The position numbers and the translations under genes are program-made. Below the pieces are notes generated by a model, which ran no database searches, was not told the origin of the DNA, and worked only from the letters and a program-made list of their open reading frames with translations. This document shows positions 50,963 to 61,735 of a stretch of DNA of 64,000 nucleotides, one piece after another (positions within the stretch are counted from its first letter, which is position 1; every line of letters begins with the position of its first letter). Source of the DNA: an uncultured Pelagibacteraceae bacterium. GTDB taxonomy: Bacteria > Pseudomonadota > Alphaproteobacteria > Pelagibacterales > Pelagibacteraceae. The stretch spans positions 614-64,613 of the forward strand of contig CABXTN010000004.1 of the NCBI GenBank assembly GCA_902515185.1, read 5' to 3'.

Positions 50963-51754
50963 ATGTCTGCTGGAGAACAAAAACACGATTATCATTTAGT
51001 AGACCCTAGTCCTTGGCCAATTTATACTTCTTTTGCGACCTTGATTACTGCTATAGGAACCGTCTACTACTTTCATAGTAAAGTAATGTGGTTAATGATA
51101 CTCGGTTTCGTTTTACTTATTTACGGTGCCTTTATGTGGTTTAGGGATGTGGTGATTGAAGCAGAACACCAAGGACACCATACCCCGGTAGTTCAGATCC
51201 ATCATAGGTACGGTATGACTTTATTCATAGCATCTGAAGTAATGTTTTTTGTTGCGTGGTTTTGGGCATATTTTGATGCGAGTTTATTTCCTTCAGAATT
51301 TGTCGGAAATGTGTGGCCGCCAAAAGACATAGAAACTTTTGACCCTTGGGACATACCTTTAATCAACACTTTAGTTTTACTTCTATCAGGAACAACAGTT
51401 ACTTGGGCCCATCATGCATTACTTGAGGATGACAGAAAAAGCTTTATTCAAGGTCTAAGTTTGACGGTATTTTTAGGAGCTTGCTTCACAGCGTTACAAA
51501 TTTATGAATATCATCATGCAACATTTAGTTTTTCAGGGCATATTTACGGAGCTACTTTTTATATGGCTACAGGGTTTCATGGATTTCATGTTCTTATAGG
51601 TACTATTTTTTTAGCAGTTTGTTTGTGGAGAGGAAAATTAGGTCACTTTAATAAAGATCATCATTTTGGTTTTGAAGCAGCAGCATGGTACTGGCATTTT
51701 GTTGATGTAGTTTGGTTATTTTTGTTTGCTGCTATTTATATTTGGGGTAGTTAA
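50963..51754 (+). CDS. ctaE: Cytochrome c oxidase subunit III
   Basis: HLVDPSPWP, SEVMFF, TGFHG.HV, WYWHFVDVVW. Confidence 0.98.
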   Translation: MSAGEQKHDYHLVDPSPWPIYTSFATLITAIGTVYYFHSKVMWLMILGFVLLIYGAFMWFRDVVIEAEHQGHHTPVVQIHHRYGMTLFIASEVMFFVAWFWAYFDASLFPSEFVGNVWPPKDIETFDPWDIPLINTLVLLLSGTTVTWAHHALLEDDRKSFIQGLSLTVFLGACFTALQIYEYHHATFSFSGHIYGATFYMATGFHGFHVLIGTIFLAVCLWRGKLGHFNKDHHFGFEAAAWYWHFVDVVWLFLFAAIYIWGS

Positions 51755-51762
51755 TAAATTCC

Positions 51763-52413
51763 TTGAGATACAAATTTTTTTTTTCTGTATTCGTTTACTT
51801 TTTTATACTCATATTTATTTTATTAGGTAGTTGGCAATTAATAAGACTTAATTGGAAATTAAAACTAATATCAGAAATTGAAAATAGTATAAATTTAGAA
51901 CCTGTAAATTTTTTAGGAAAAAGTACAAAAAACTTTAAAAAAATTAATTTCAAAGTAAATTTGGAAAATTCTAAATTGATATATTTATATAGTTTAAATG
52001 AGAATGGAAAGCCAGGCTTTGATATAATCAACACAATAGTTATAGGAAATAGTAATTTTCTTTTAAATAGGGGATGGATACCTAAAAATTTCAAAAATAA
52101 AAATTTTGAGATTTTAAACTCTAATTTAACAGGAATTTTAAGAAAAAAATCAAATAAAAATTATTTTAAACCTGAAAATGATATTTCCAATAATTATTGG
52201 TTTACTTTAAAAGATGAAGATCTGTTAAAATATACTGGAAAAAAATTTTCAAATTATATTATCTACGAAACCCACGATAGGTCCTCGTTTCCAAAAGCAA
52301 AAAAAATCGGTGCAAATATTTCAAATAATCATTTAAAATACTCGCTTACATGGTTTTCATTAGCGATTTCAATTTTTTTAATATATTTATATTTTAGAAG
52401 AAAAAATTATTAA
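51763..52413 (+). CDS. surf1: SURF1 family protein
   Basis: LG.WQ..RL.WK, NRGWIP, NNHL.Y..TWF. Confidence 0.92.
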   Translation: MRYKFFFSVFVYFFILIFILLGSWQLIRLNWKLKLISEIENSINLEPVNFLGKSTKNFKKINFKVNLENSKLIYLYSLNENGKPGFDIINTIVIGNSNFLLNRGWIPKNFKNKNFEILNSNLTGILRKKSNKNYFKPENDISNNYWFTLKDEDLLKYTGKKFSNYIIYETHDRSSFPKAKKIGANISNNHLKYSLTWFSLAISIFLIYLYFRRKNY

Positions 52414-53786
52414 TGATTTATGTAAGTACAAGAAATAACTCCAAGGAATACAGCTTTGAAGAGGTCTTTATAAAAGGTTTAGCTGACGATGGGGGGCTTT
52501 ACGTTCCAAAATCCTTTAAAAGCTATACTCATAATGAATTACTGGAACTTAAATATTTAAATTATAATGAATTATCATCAGAAATAGTTCACCAATTTTC
52601 GTCAGATTTTATCTCAAAGGATGAACTTTCGAAATTAATTAATAAATCATATTCAACATTTAGAGAAAAAGAAGTTGTAAAAATTTCTAAACTTGGTGAA
52701 GTAAATTTGTTAGAGTTGTTTCACGGCCCAACTCTAGCTTTTAAGGATGTGGCAATGCAATTTATTGGTAATTTGTACCAATATTATTTAAGCAAAAATG
52801 ATAAGAAAATTAATATAGTCGTTGCAACATCGGGCGATACAGGCGCCGCAGCCATAGATGCAATAAAGGGAAAGACTAATTTAAATATTTTTGTTTTACA
52901 TCCAAATAATAAAATTTCCTCAGTACAGAGAAAAATAATGACAACAGTTGAAGAGAATAATGTTTTTAATATTGCGATAGAAGGTAACTTTGATGATTGC
53001 CAGAATATAGTAAAGGCCATGTTCTCTGATTTAAAATTTTCTAAATCTATAAATATGTCAGGAGTAAACTCAATTAATTGGGCAAGAATTATTGCACAAA
53101 CAGTATATTATTTTTACTCATATTTTAAGTTAAACAAAAAAACTATTTCATTTTCAGTACCAACTGGAAATTTTGGTGATGTATTCGCAGGGTATCTTGC
53201 TAAGAAAATGGGTTTGCCAATCAATAAACTAATTGTTGCTACAAACGAAAACGATATCTTGCATAGAGCTATTTCAAGAGGAGATTATGTATCAAAAGAA
53301 GTAAAAGAAACATCCTCACCTAGCATGGATATCCAATTAGCAAGCAACTTTGAAAGATTAATCTATTATATAAATAAATCTGATTCTAAAATAACAAAAG
53401 ATATAATGAAAAAAGTTAAACAAAATTCATATCAAATTGAAAAGAATAAATTAGAAATAATTCAAAAAGACTTTATATCTGAAAGCTGCAGTGAAAAAGA
53501 AACTTTAGATATTATTAAAAATATATATGAGAAAAACAATGTAATATTAGATCCTCATACAGCAATTGGCGTTGGAGCTGCTCATAAACTATCTTTTAAT
53601 GACTGTGTTGTTCTTTCAACAGCTCATCCGTGTAAATTCCCGGATGCAACAATCAATTCGATTAACAAATATGAAACTTTACCTGAGGAACTTAGTCATG
53701 TTTTAAATAAACAGGAAAACTTTCAAGTGCTTGAGAATGATGTTGAGGAAGTAAAAAATTTTGTTAAAAAAAATATCAAATTTTAG
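52413..53786 (+). CDS. thrC: Threonine synthase
   Basis: GLA.DGGLYVP, HGPTLAFKD, ATSGDTG, NSINW.R, TAHP.KF. Confidence 0.97.
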   Translation: MIYVSTRNNSKEYSFEEVFIKGLADDGGLYVPKSFKSYTHNELLELKYLNYNELSSEIVHQFSSDFISKDELSKLINKSYSTFREKEVVKISKLGEVNLLELFHGPTLAFKDVAMQFIGNLYQYYLSKNDKKINIVVATSGDTGAAAIDAIKGKTNLNIFVLHPNNKISSVQRKIMTTVEENNVFNIAIEGNFDDCQNIVKAMFSDLKFSKSINMSGVNSINWARIIAQTVYYFYSYFKLNKKTISFSVPTGNFGDVFAGYLAKKMGLPINKLIVATNENDILHRAISRGDYVSKEVKETSSPSMDIQLASNFERLIYYINKSDSKITKDIMKKVKQNSYQIEKNKLEIIQKDFISESCSEKETLDIIKNIYEKNNVILDPHTAIGVGAAHKLSFNDCVVLSTAHPCKFPDATINSINKYETLPEELSHVLNKQENFQVLENDVEEVKNFVKKNIKF

Positions 53787-53794
53787 TATCGAAG

Positions 53795-54217
53795 TTAAAG
53801 GTTTGCGGCTCCTCTAGCAATTTCATCGACTTCATTATTTAGTTTATCAATAGAATGGGCTTTTACCCATTTCCACTCAATATTAAAGTTATTAGAAAGC
53901 GAGTCTAGTTCTATCCATAGTTCTTTATTTTTAACATTTTGTTTACCTGTAGTTTTCCATCCATTTTTTTTCCAATTATGTATCCACTCAGTGATACCTG
54001 ATTTTACATATTTAGAGTCCGTAAAAATCTGAATCTTGCTATCTTTAGGAATTTTTTTTAAAGCATTTATAGGAGCAAGTAATTCCATTTGATTATTTGT
54101 TGTGTTTTTTTTACTTCCCTTAATGTAAGTTTTTTTTTCATCAATGATAATTATTGCAGCCCACCCACCATTACCTGGGTTACCTAAGCATGAACCATCA
54201 GTATATATTTTAATCAT
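53795..54217 (-). CDS. rnhA: Ribonuclease HI
   Basis: YTDGSC.GNPG, TTNN.MEL, TDSKYV, WVKAH. Confidence 0.97.
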   Translation of the reverse strand: MIKIYTDGSCLGNPGNGGWAAIIIIDEKKTYIKGSKKNTTNNQMELLAPINALKKIPKDSKIQIFTDSKYVKSGITEWIHNWKKNGWKTTGKQNVKNKELWIELDSLSNNFNIEWKWVKAHSIDKLNNEVDEIARGAANL

Positions 54218-55185
54218 TATTTTATATAATTTTTATAAGAATTTATATTTCGATGAAAATTTAATTTTTGAATATATTCTTTTGGATCTTTAATTTTAAT
54301 AATAGCACTTTCTGGTGTATTTAAAAAATCGTATGATCTAGTTAAAAGATATCTAAGTGCTGAACCTCTACACATTATATTAAAATACTCTTTTTCAGAA
54401 TTTTTTAACCTTCTGATACTTTCGTAACCTTTAAGTAAATTTGATGATTTTGCTTTGTTTAAAATATATTTATTATTTTTTTTCTCAAAACATAGTGCAT
54501 TTATACATGTAGCAAGCTCGTATGATAAATAATCGTTACACGAAAAATAAAAATCTATAAAACCATGAAATTTTTTTTTGTAGAATATAATATTATCTAC
54601 AAATAAATCAGAGTGAATTATTCCTTTTGGAAGATTTTTGGGCCATACTTTTTTAATTTGGATTAATTCATTCTTCATAAGGCTTTTAAGATTTTTTGAT
54701 ATTTTATCTATTTTAATATTTATTTTTGATAGTAAATTAGGCCACGACTTCACCGATAAAGAATTTTTTCTATATAGTTTTATTTTTTTTGATGCCATAT
54801 GTAATTTTGCAATATTTTTACCAACCATATAACAATCATTAAAATTTAATTCCTTCTTATCACTCCCTATAAGAAATGAAACCATACATGCATTTTTATT
54901 TTTTATTTTAAATATAAATTTACCATTCTTACTTTTTACCGGGTTTGGACACTTTACTTTTAACTTCGAAAGACCAGACATTAAATTCATAAAAAAAGGA
55001 AGATCACGCGAATTCACCCTTTTTTCAAAAATGGTTAGGATATATTTTTTATTTTTTATATTTAAAAGATAATTAGTATTTTCAATACCCTTTTTAATAC
55101 CCTTAAACTTTTTTATTTTTCCTAAATTAAATTGATTTTCAATATAAAATATATCTTTATTATTAATTTTCGTAAAAACTGCCAT
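54217..55185 (-). CDS. thrB: Homoserine kinase type II
   Basis: MAVFT, GIENTNY, IHSDLF.DN, IDFYF, LR..LTR. Confidence 0.93.
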   Translation of the reverse strand: MAVFTKINNKDIFYIENQFNLGKIKKFKGIKKGIENTNYLLNIKNKKYILTIFEKRVNSRDLPFFMNLMSGLSKLKVKCPNPVKSKNGKFIFKIKNKNACMVSFLIGSDKKELNFNDCYMVGKNIAKLHMASKKIKLYRKNSLSVKSWPNLLSKINIKIDKISKNLKSLMKNELIQIKKVWPKNLPKGIIHSDLFVDNIIFYKKKFHGFIDFYFSCNDYLSYELATCINALCFEKKNNKYILNKAKSSNLLKGYESIRRLKNSEKEYFNIMCRGSALRYLLTRSYDFLNTPESAIIKIKDPKEYIQKLNFHRNINSYKNYIK

Positions 55186-56129
55186 TAATTTAATCTTCCA
55201 GGAATTTTAAAAGTAATATCTTCCTTTATAATTTCTACTTCTTCAATATTGACTTTAAATTCTTGCCTTAATTTATTAATAAAATTTTCTACTAAAATCT
55301 CTGGTGCAGATGCACCTGAGGATATTCCTATAGTTTTACATTTGGTGATTTTCTCTAAAGGTATATTGCTTTCAGAGTGAATTAAAACTGCCTCACTACA
55401 TCCAGAATTATTAGCAACTTCAACTAATCTTACTGAATTAGATGAGTTTCTGCTACCTATAACAAAAAACATATCACAAAGCTTTGCAATTTTTTTAACT
55501 GCTGCTTGTCTATTAGTTGTTGCGTAACAAATATCTTCTTTCTTTGGTTCTTTTATTTGTGAAAATTTCTCTTTAAGGGCATTTATTATATCTTTTGTAT
55601 CATCTACAGACAAAGTTGTTTGAGTGACAAATGCCAACTGTTTATTCTTTTTATTTTTAAATTTTTTAACATCATCGATGTTTTCAATTAAATCTATTGT
55701 ACCATTTGGAATTTGACCCATGGTTCCAATAACTTCTGGGTGATTTTTATGACCAATTAATAAAACATGGTATCCATTTTTATTTAAATTTTCTGCTTCC
55801 CTATGAACTTTTGAAACTAATGGACAAGTTGCATCAATATAGTCCATTTTTAAATTTTTAGCTTCAGCTGGAACAACCTTTGGAACTCCATGTGCTGAAA
55901 ATATAACTGGTCTTGTTCTGTCCTCAATTTCGTTTAACTCTTCAACAAAAATCGCACCAATTTTTTTTAAATTTTCAACAACATGTTTGTTATGCACAAT
56001 TTCATGTCTGACATAAACTGGCGCACCATATTTCTCAATACTTTTTTTCACTATTTCAATGGCTCGGTCAACACCAGCGCAAAAACCTCGAGGAGAAGCC
56101 AATAATATTTTAATTTCTTTATTTTTCAT
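55185..56129 (-). CDS. ispH: 4-hydroxy-3-methylbut-2-enyl diphosphate reductase
   Basis: PRGFCAGV, SAHGV, DATCPLV, DICYAT.NRQ, SSNS. Confidence 0.98.
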   Translation of the reverse strand: MKNKEIKILLASPRGFCAGVDRAIEIVKKSIEKYGAPVYVRHEIVHNKHVVENLKKIGAIFVEELNEIEDRTRPVIFSAHGVPKVVPAEAKNLKMDYIDATCPLVSKVHREAENLNKNGYHVLLIGHKNHPEVIGTMGQIPNGTIDLIENIDDVKKFKNKKNKQLAFVTQTTLSVDDTKDIINALKEKFSQIKEPKKEDICYATTNRQAAVKKIAKLCDMFFVIGSRNSSNSVRLVEVANNSGCSEAVLIHSESNIPLEKITKCKTIGISSGASAPEILVENFINKLRQEFKVNIEEVEIIKEDITFKIPGRLN

Positions 56130-56292
56130 CTTTTTCTTTTCTAAAGAATGGGATTAAAAATATAAGACAAGCAACAAAAAAAAACAAACTACCAAACATT
56201 GCCCAAAAGTTTCCAACACTTGAGATAGTAAAGCCAATAGCTGAAACTATAAATAAAATCCAGCCTAATAAATTTATATTTTTATTTTTCAT
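56119..56292 (-). CDS. Small two-TM membrane protein MKNKNINLLGWILFIVSAIGFTISSVGNFWAMFGSLFFFVACLIFLIPFFRKEKDEK
   Basis: 57-aa ORF overlapping the blh stop and the ispH start by 11 nt each; missed by the ORF track. Confidence 0.8.
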   Translation of the reverse strand: MKNKNINLLGWILFIVSAIGFTISSVGNFWAMFGSLFFFVACLIFLIPFFRKEKDEK

Positions 56293-57247
56293 TTTTTTCG
56301 ATTAAATATTCGAGCAATATATGCGGAAAGGTTAAGGACGCCAAACCAATAAATATCACTTTTAAAATGGCGTCATTTAAAGAATAATAATTATATAAGA
56401 TAAATAAGCTAAATATAAAAGTAATAGCTGTTATTATAGTTAAGGGTAGAGCTTTATGGAGAAAACTTCTATAGCCAGCTTTGAAGTCTTTTTTATTTAA
56501 TTCGTTTGCTAAACTAATTGAGTGTCTTATAGAATGTAAAAAACAAAAATAAATTGTAAAAGCTACTAATGGGGAAGTGCTAGAAAAAAGAAAAAATAAA
56601 ATTAAAGACTCAGCAAATAAAGTTATTTTATTATCTTTAGAAATAAAAAAGTTATTTAATAAACTTAAAATTATTAGATATAAAAAAATATTACTTTTAT
56701 TAAATAATATTAATGTATTAATAAAAATATCATTTTCAATATAAAGAGATTGGAAAATTTGCAATGTTTCCTCAAATTTAAAAAATAATGGAAGACTAAC
56801 TATTAATGATCCTTTTAAAAAGAATTTAATTGAATTTATTCTAGAAGATTTCACATTTAAAAAAGTACAATCTTCTTTTCCAAAATGATGTACTGCAAAA
56901 ATTAAAAAAATAGTAAGGACAAATGATGGGAGAAAAAACCAAACGCATGCAATTAACAATGCGATAAAACTATATATAAAATAAAATAAAATTTTGTTAT
57001 TGATTTTATAAAATTTTAAAAGCTTGTATCCCTTTAAATAATCTAATGCTCCATGTGAAATTCCAATACTTAAAATAAGAAGTAAGCAGGTAGCAGATAA
57101 AAAATTATTTGGATTATTGAAAAAATCTACTGACGTTGTTCCATTAAAAAAAAATTCACTTAAATATGAGGTAAAAAAAATTAAAAAAATAATAGTTGAC
57201 CAACAAAACCAGTAATGATGTCTTTCGTAAATATAGTTTACATTCAT
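56282..57247 (-). CDS. blh: Beta-carotene 15,15'-dioxygenase (Brp/Blh)
   Basis: GISHGALD, HFG.ED, YFCFLHS.RH, LTFPH. Confidence 0.94.
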   Translation of the reverse strand: MNVNYIYERHHYWFCWSTIIFLIFFTSYLSEFFFNGTTSVDFFNNPNNFLSATCLLLILSIGISHGALDYLKGYKLLKFYKINNKILFYFIYSFIALLIACVWFFLPSFVLTIFLIFAVHHFGKEDCTFLNVKSSRINSIKFFLKGSLIVSLPLFFKFEETLQIFQSLYIENDIFINTLILFNKSNIFLYLIILSLLNNFFISKDNKITLFAESLILFFLFSSTSPLVAFTIYFCFLHSIRHSISLANELNKKDFKAGYRSFLHKALPLTIITAITFIFSLFILYNYYSLNDAILKVIFIGLASLTFPHILLEYLIEKNEK

Positions 57248-57248
57248 G

Positions 57249-58316
57249 TTATTTAAATAAAGCTTTAATAAATGTTGATTTTGGCATTTTAAAAATTATG
57301 GATAAATCCTCAAAAAAATTACTTTTATTTGATAAAAATTTTATAACGGTTTTAGCTGGGACTTTAAACATATCACAAAATATTTTCGGCATTTTTTCTG
57401 GATTATTTTTTAAAACTTTTAAAAAAATTTCGTCTAAAAATCTATATTTATTTTGAATTTTGAACTTATTTAGATCTCTAATATTATCAAAATTTTTCCT
57501 TATATACTTACTATGTTCCTGGATATTAAGAAATGTATAGCCAGTACTTAATCGAGTCATACCACCAGCAGTACCTATATTTATTTTATTTTTTTCATCT
57601 TTATTCAATGGATAAAACAATGGAATTGCACCTTGTTCTTTAAAAATGATTTTATAATTTTTAATTTTTAAATTTTGTTCTATATAATTCTTAATTTGAT
57701 TGTCATAGTCCATAATTGAGCTATCTTTCATTGGCGATAACCATGTAGTCTCTATAAGTGCCTTATTTTTTTCAAATGGTAGTGTATAAAAGAAATGAAC
57801 GCTACTTTTTTGATCACAATTAAAATCCATTAAATTAATAATTGTATCATCAAAAATATTATTCTTTGTTTGAATTTCAACTCCACAAAAATGTTGCCAA
57901 AGATTATTGTCATTACTATTTGCTGATGGAATACTATTAAAAATAAATGAATTTTTGGTATTAATATCCTTTATATCTTTAAAAAAATAAATATTTTTAT
58001 TTTTTTTTAATTCTTTATTTATTTTGTCATAAAATAAACCACTATCTATACTTTGATAAGGAAAATCATCACATTTTAAATGAGTTATTTCTGAAGGGGA
58101 ATTTATAGTAAAATTTTTCCAGTTTTTTTTTACACAATCATCAAAATTGTGATGTATAACTTTCCAAAAAGACCAAGTCTTATCTCTTTTATATTCGTCT
58201 CTAGGTTCAATAATTGCCAAAGTTTTGTTATCTAATTTTTTATGTAAATTAAGCTCATAAGCCAAAGATAGGCCCGCACATCCTCCACCAATAATGGTAT
58301 AATTAAATTCTTTCAT
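57249..58316 (-). CDS. crtY: Lycopene beta-cyclase
   Basis: GGGCAGLSLA, DKTWSFW, LMDF, E.GAIP, TGY. Confidence 0.92.
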   Translation of the reverse strand: MKEFNYTIIGGGCAGLSLAYELNLHKKLDNKTLAIIEPRDEYKRDKTWSFWKVIHHNFDDCVKKNWKNFTINSPSEITHLKCDDFPYQSIDSGLFYDKINKELKKNKNIYFFKDIKDINTKNSFIFNSIPSANSNDNNLWQHFCGVEIQTKNNIFDDTIINLMDFNCDQKSSVHFFYTLPFEKNKALIETTWLSPMKDSSIMDYDNQIKNYIEQNLKIKNYKIIFKEQGAIPLFYPLNKDEKNKINIGTAGGMTRLSTGYTFLNIQEHSKYIRKNFDNIRDLNKFKIQNKYRFLDEIFLKVLKNNPEKMPKIFCDMFKVPAKTVIKFLSNKSNFFEDLSIIFKMPKSTFIKALFK

Positions 58317-59151
58317 CTAAATTTATTTTTTCGTTAATGATATTATGCTCATTTTTCCTTAAATGCTCATTAGATTTTACAAATATTAACTTAATTAGAT
58401 CAAAAAAACTCAATAAGGTTTGATTTACTTTTCCGAAATTAGATACAAAAATTTTTCCTGAATTTTTGTAATTTTCTATATTTTTTTTTTTGAGAATTTC
58501 ATTTCCTATTTGCCTGTATACTCTTCTTGCAACTAAAATTGCAAATCTACAATTTAGTGGAATTTCATTTATTGATTTAAATGAACTATTATAAAATATG
58601 TCTGCTAATTTTAAAGTTTCTTTAATCTTATTAAAATCTAAGCTTATATAATTTCTGTTTCTATCACCATCTTCAACAACATCTCTTGCAATATTGGTTA
58701 GTTGCATTGCAATACCAAGATCTATTGCGGATCTAAGCGAATTTTTAGATTTAACATTAAGTATTTTTGCCATCATCAGCCCTACAGTGCCAGCGACACG
58801 GTAAGAATAAACAATTAAATCTTTATTAGTCTCTAATTTTACTTTTGCTTTTAAATCTGACTCAACACCATCAAATAAGTCTAATATTATTTGAGGTGAG
58901 ATTTTAAAGCATATTATCAATTCATAAATTTTCTTAATTATTTCATTATTTAAATTTTTATTTTGAAAGTCTTTTTTAAAACTCTGAAATATTTTTTTTT
59001 TAATTTCTAAATCTAAATCTTGATCAGCAATATCATCCAATGTTCTGCAAAAGTCATATAAATCAGAACATTGCTTATAAGTTTTTTTTGGTAAAAAAAA
59101 ACCAGCCCAATTAAATGACTTTGCGTAAATTGATAAAAAATTTTGAGTCAT
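58303..59151 (-). CDS. crtB: Phytoene synthase
   Basis: KSF, FCR.LDDIAD, Y.VAGTVG, LG.AMQLTNIARDV.ED. Confidence 0.95.
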   Translation of the reverse strand: MTQNFLSIYAKSFNWAGFFLPKKTYKQCSDLYDFCRTLDDIADQDLDLEIKKKIFQSFKKDFQNKNLNNEIIKKIYELIICFKISPQIILDLFDGVESDLKAKVKLETNKDLIVYSYRVAGTVGLMMAKILNVKSKNSLRSAIDLGIAMQLTNIARDVVEDGDRNRNYISLDFNKIKETLKLADIFYNSSFKSINEIPLNCRFAILVARRVYRQIGNEILKKKNIENYKNSGKIFVSNFGKVNQTLLSFFDLIKLIFVKSNEHLRKNEHNIINEKINLDERI

Positions 59152-60611
59152 TAGAGAATTTTATCTAAAACTTTAGCTGAAGAAAGTACTCCTGGAACAC
59201 CAGCTCCAGGATGCGTACCTGCTCCAACAAAATAAAGTCCATCATAAATTTCCGATTTGTTATGAAATCTAAAATAAGCAGATTGTGAGAATTTTGGTTG
59301 AATCGAAAAACCTGAGCCATATTTAGTATTTAGATCTTTCTCAAAGTAGTCTGGAGTTAAATAAAAATCATCAACTATATTTTCTCTCAATTTTGGCATT
59401 AAATCTTTTTCCATTTTATCAATTACTAAATTTTTCATTTTTTCTCCTTCTATAGTCCAATTAATTTTTGATTGATTATTTGGAACAGGAACTAAAACAT
59501 AAAAACAATCTTTTCCATCAGGAGCCATAGACTTGTCAGTAGCAGAAGGTCTGTGTAAATAGTAGCTGATATCATTATTCAACTTTTTATTATCAAATAT
59601 ATCATCAAGATGCTCTTTGTATCTATTGCCGAATTTAATTGTATGATGCTCTACATTATCATAAGTTTTTTTGGTTCCAAAATAATAAACAAATAATCCC
59701 ATGGAATATTCCATTCGATTCTTTTTCCATTTAAAAAGAAATGAATTAGTTGAGTCTCCATTTAACATTTTTTCGTAAACAGCCGGTGGATCCGCATTAC
59801 ATATTACATTATTTGTTTCAATATTGATTTGGTTATCTAATTGTACCCCAGTTATTTTTTTTTTATTAGAAATAATTTTTTTTACTTCGCGACCTTTAAT
59901 TATTTCTATACCAACTTCATTCATTAATTGTTCAAGACCCTTTATTATATTACCTGTGCCACCCATAGAATAATGTATTCCCCATTTTTTTTCTAAATAT
60001 AAAATTAGTCCATAAATAGAAGTTGTTGTAAATGGATTACCACCAACTAAAAGAGGATGCATACTTAGCATTCTTCTTAATTTTTCATTTTTTATAAAAG
60101 ATGAAACTAAAGAGTAAACCGACTTATAACTTTTAAGTTTTATTAGCGCTGGTAATTGTTGCATCATAACAGATGGTTTATCAAAAGGCACATCAGCAAG
60201 TTCTGTAAACCCTTTGTCAAAAATCTTTTTTGTAAAAGTGACCAATTTTTCATATCCATTGACATCTTCTTTACTAATTTTCTCTATTTGTTTTTTCATT
60301 TTAACTTCGTCGCCTGAATAATTAAATTTTGAATTATCTTCAAAAACAAATTGATACCAAATATCAAGAGGAGATAATTCAATATAATCTTTCGGATTTT
60401 TTTTAAATAATTCAAATAACTCATTAATTAAATAAGGTGCAGTAATAACAGTTGGGCCACCATCATAAGTAAATCCATTTCTTCTAAATACCCTAGCCCT
60501 ACCTCCAAGATCTGGATGTTTTTCTATTAAAGTTACTTTATGACCTTTGGCTTTTAGACGAAGAGCGGCCGCTATACCTCCAAAACCAGAGCCAATAACA
60601 ATTGAATTCAT
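59151..60611 (-). CDS. crtI: Phytoene desaturase
   Basis: IGSGFGG, GGRA, DGGPT, VGAGTHPGAGVPGV. Confidence 0.96.
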   Translation of the reverse strand: MNSIVIGSGFGGIAAALRLKAKGHKVTLIEKHPDLGGRARVFRRNGFTYDGGPTVITAPYLINELFELFKKNPKDYIELSPLDIWYQFVFEDNSKFNYSGDEVKMKKQIEKISKEDVNGYEKLVTFTKKIFDKGFTELADVPFDKPSVMMQQLPALIKLKSYKSVYSLVSSFIKNEKLRRMLSMHPLLVGGNPFTTTSIYGLILYLEKKWGIHYSMGGTGNIIKGLEQLMNEVGIEIIKGREVKKIISNKKKITGVQLDNQINIETNNVICNADPPAVYEKMLNGDSTNSFLFKWKKNRMEYSMGLFVYYFGTKKTYDNVEHHTIKFGNRYKEHLDDIFDNKKLNNDISYYLHRPSATDKSMAPDGKDCFYVLVPVPNNQSKINWTIEGEKMKNLVIDKMEKDLMPKLRENIVDDFYLTPDYFEKDLNTKYGSGFSIQPKFSQSAYFRFHNKSEIYDGLYFVGAGTHPGAGVPGVLSSAKVLDKIL

Positions 60612-60654
60612 TATTGTAATTTATCTTATTTTTTAAAAAAGTAACGAAATTATC

Positions 60655-61155
60655 TTAAGAATTTATTTTTTTAAGAAGTCCTTTGCTTTCTTCTAAATTT
60701 TTATCAAATAAATTATCTAACTTTGACTGGTCAACTGAGGTCGAGAGAATTTTCTTTACAGAATCTATGGCTATTTTCACTGATGTATTTTTTATATCTT
60801 TTATAGCTTGATTTTTCATTTGCAAAATTTTTGTCTGCGCAAGGTTTTTTTTGATTTCCATAGACTTATGAAACTTCTCATTCATTTCTAGGATTAGGTT
60901 TTCACTATCCTTCTTAGCTTGATCTTGAAATTTTTTTGTTTCAACTTTTGCATGGTCAAGCTTAGTTTGAGCGTTATCTAGTAAAATTTTTGACTCGCTT
61001 CTCAACTTTTCACTCTCATTTATTTCATTCTTGATGTCGAAAATCATATTATTTAAAGTTGTATTTATTTTTTTTGGAATTTTTAAATAAATTAGTCCCA
61101 ATATAAAAATTATAAATGATACCGCGACCCAAAATGTTGCATCAATTACCATAAT
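60655..61155 (-). CDS. atpF: F0 ATP synthase subunit b
   Basis: DATFWVAVSF followed by coiled coil; start probably ATG 61155. Confidence 0.92.
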   Translation of the reverse strand: MMVIDATFWVAVSFIIFILGLIYLKIPKKINTTLNNMIFDIKNEINESEKLRSESKILLDNAQTKLDHAKVETKKFQDQAKKDSENLILEMNEKFHKSMEIKKNLAQTKILQMKNQAIKDIKNTSVKIAIDSVKKILSTSVDQSKLDNLFDKNLEESKGLLKKINS

Positions 61156-61732
61156 ATTTAAACCTATTCTTTTTTGATAAATCATCAACTATTGCAGATA
61201 TGCTGCTATTGTTGACTTCCTCCCCAATTAATTGTTTCACAATATTTGAAGATATTTCAATGGCTATTTTATTTATTTTTTCAGGCGATTTATTTATTAA
61301 CTCAGAAACTTCATTTTCTGTTTTTTTAATTTCTTCACCCAGCTCCTTATCTAACACTAATGATTTTGCATCGAGGTCCTCAATTATTTTTTTTCTTGCT
61401 TCGTTAAAATAGTTTTTAGCTTCACTTTTACTTTTTAAAATAAGCTCCTCATATTCTTTTAATTTTTTATCGCTTTCTGTTTTTTGTTTTTCGGCAGTCT
61501 CAACATTATCAAGTATTTGAGATTTTCTTAGTTCAATATTATTTCTAATTTTTGGAAGAATAAATTTAGATAGAATTACGTACAAAATTCCAAAAGAAAT
61601 AGTCAACCAAAAAATTTGGGAAATCCAAAATTCAGGGTTTAATTGAGGCATACCTCCACTCTCAGCGCTATTAACACTAAAAAAGATTAGGGTATTAAAT
61701 AAGACAATAAATAAAATAATTTTTTTAAGCAT
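61142..61732 (-). CDS. F0 ATP synthase subunit b'
   Basis: GGMPQL...SQIFWL..LP.I; between atpE and atpF. Confidence 0.92.
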   Translation of the reverse strand: MLKKIILFIVLFNTLIFFSVNSAESGGMPQLNPEFWISQIFWLTISFGILYVILSKFILPKIRNNIELRKSQILDNVETAEKQKTESDKKLKEYEELILKSKSEAKNYFNEARKKIIEDLDAKSLVLDKELGEEIKKTENEVSELINKSPEKINKIAIEISSNIVKQLIGEEVNNSSISAIVDDLSKKNRFKYYGN

Positions 61733-61735
61733 TAA

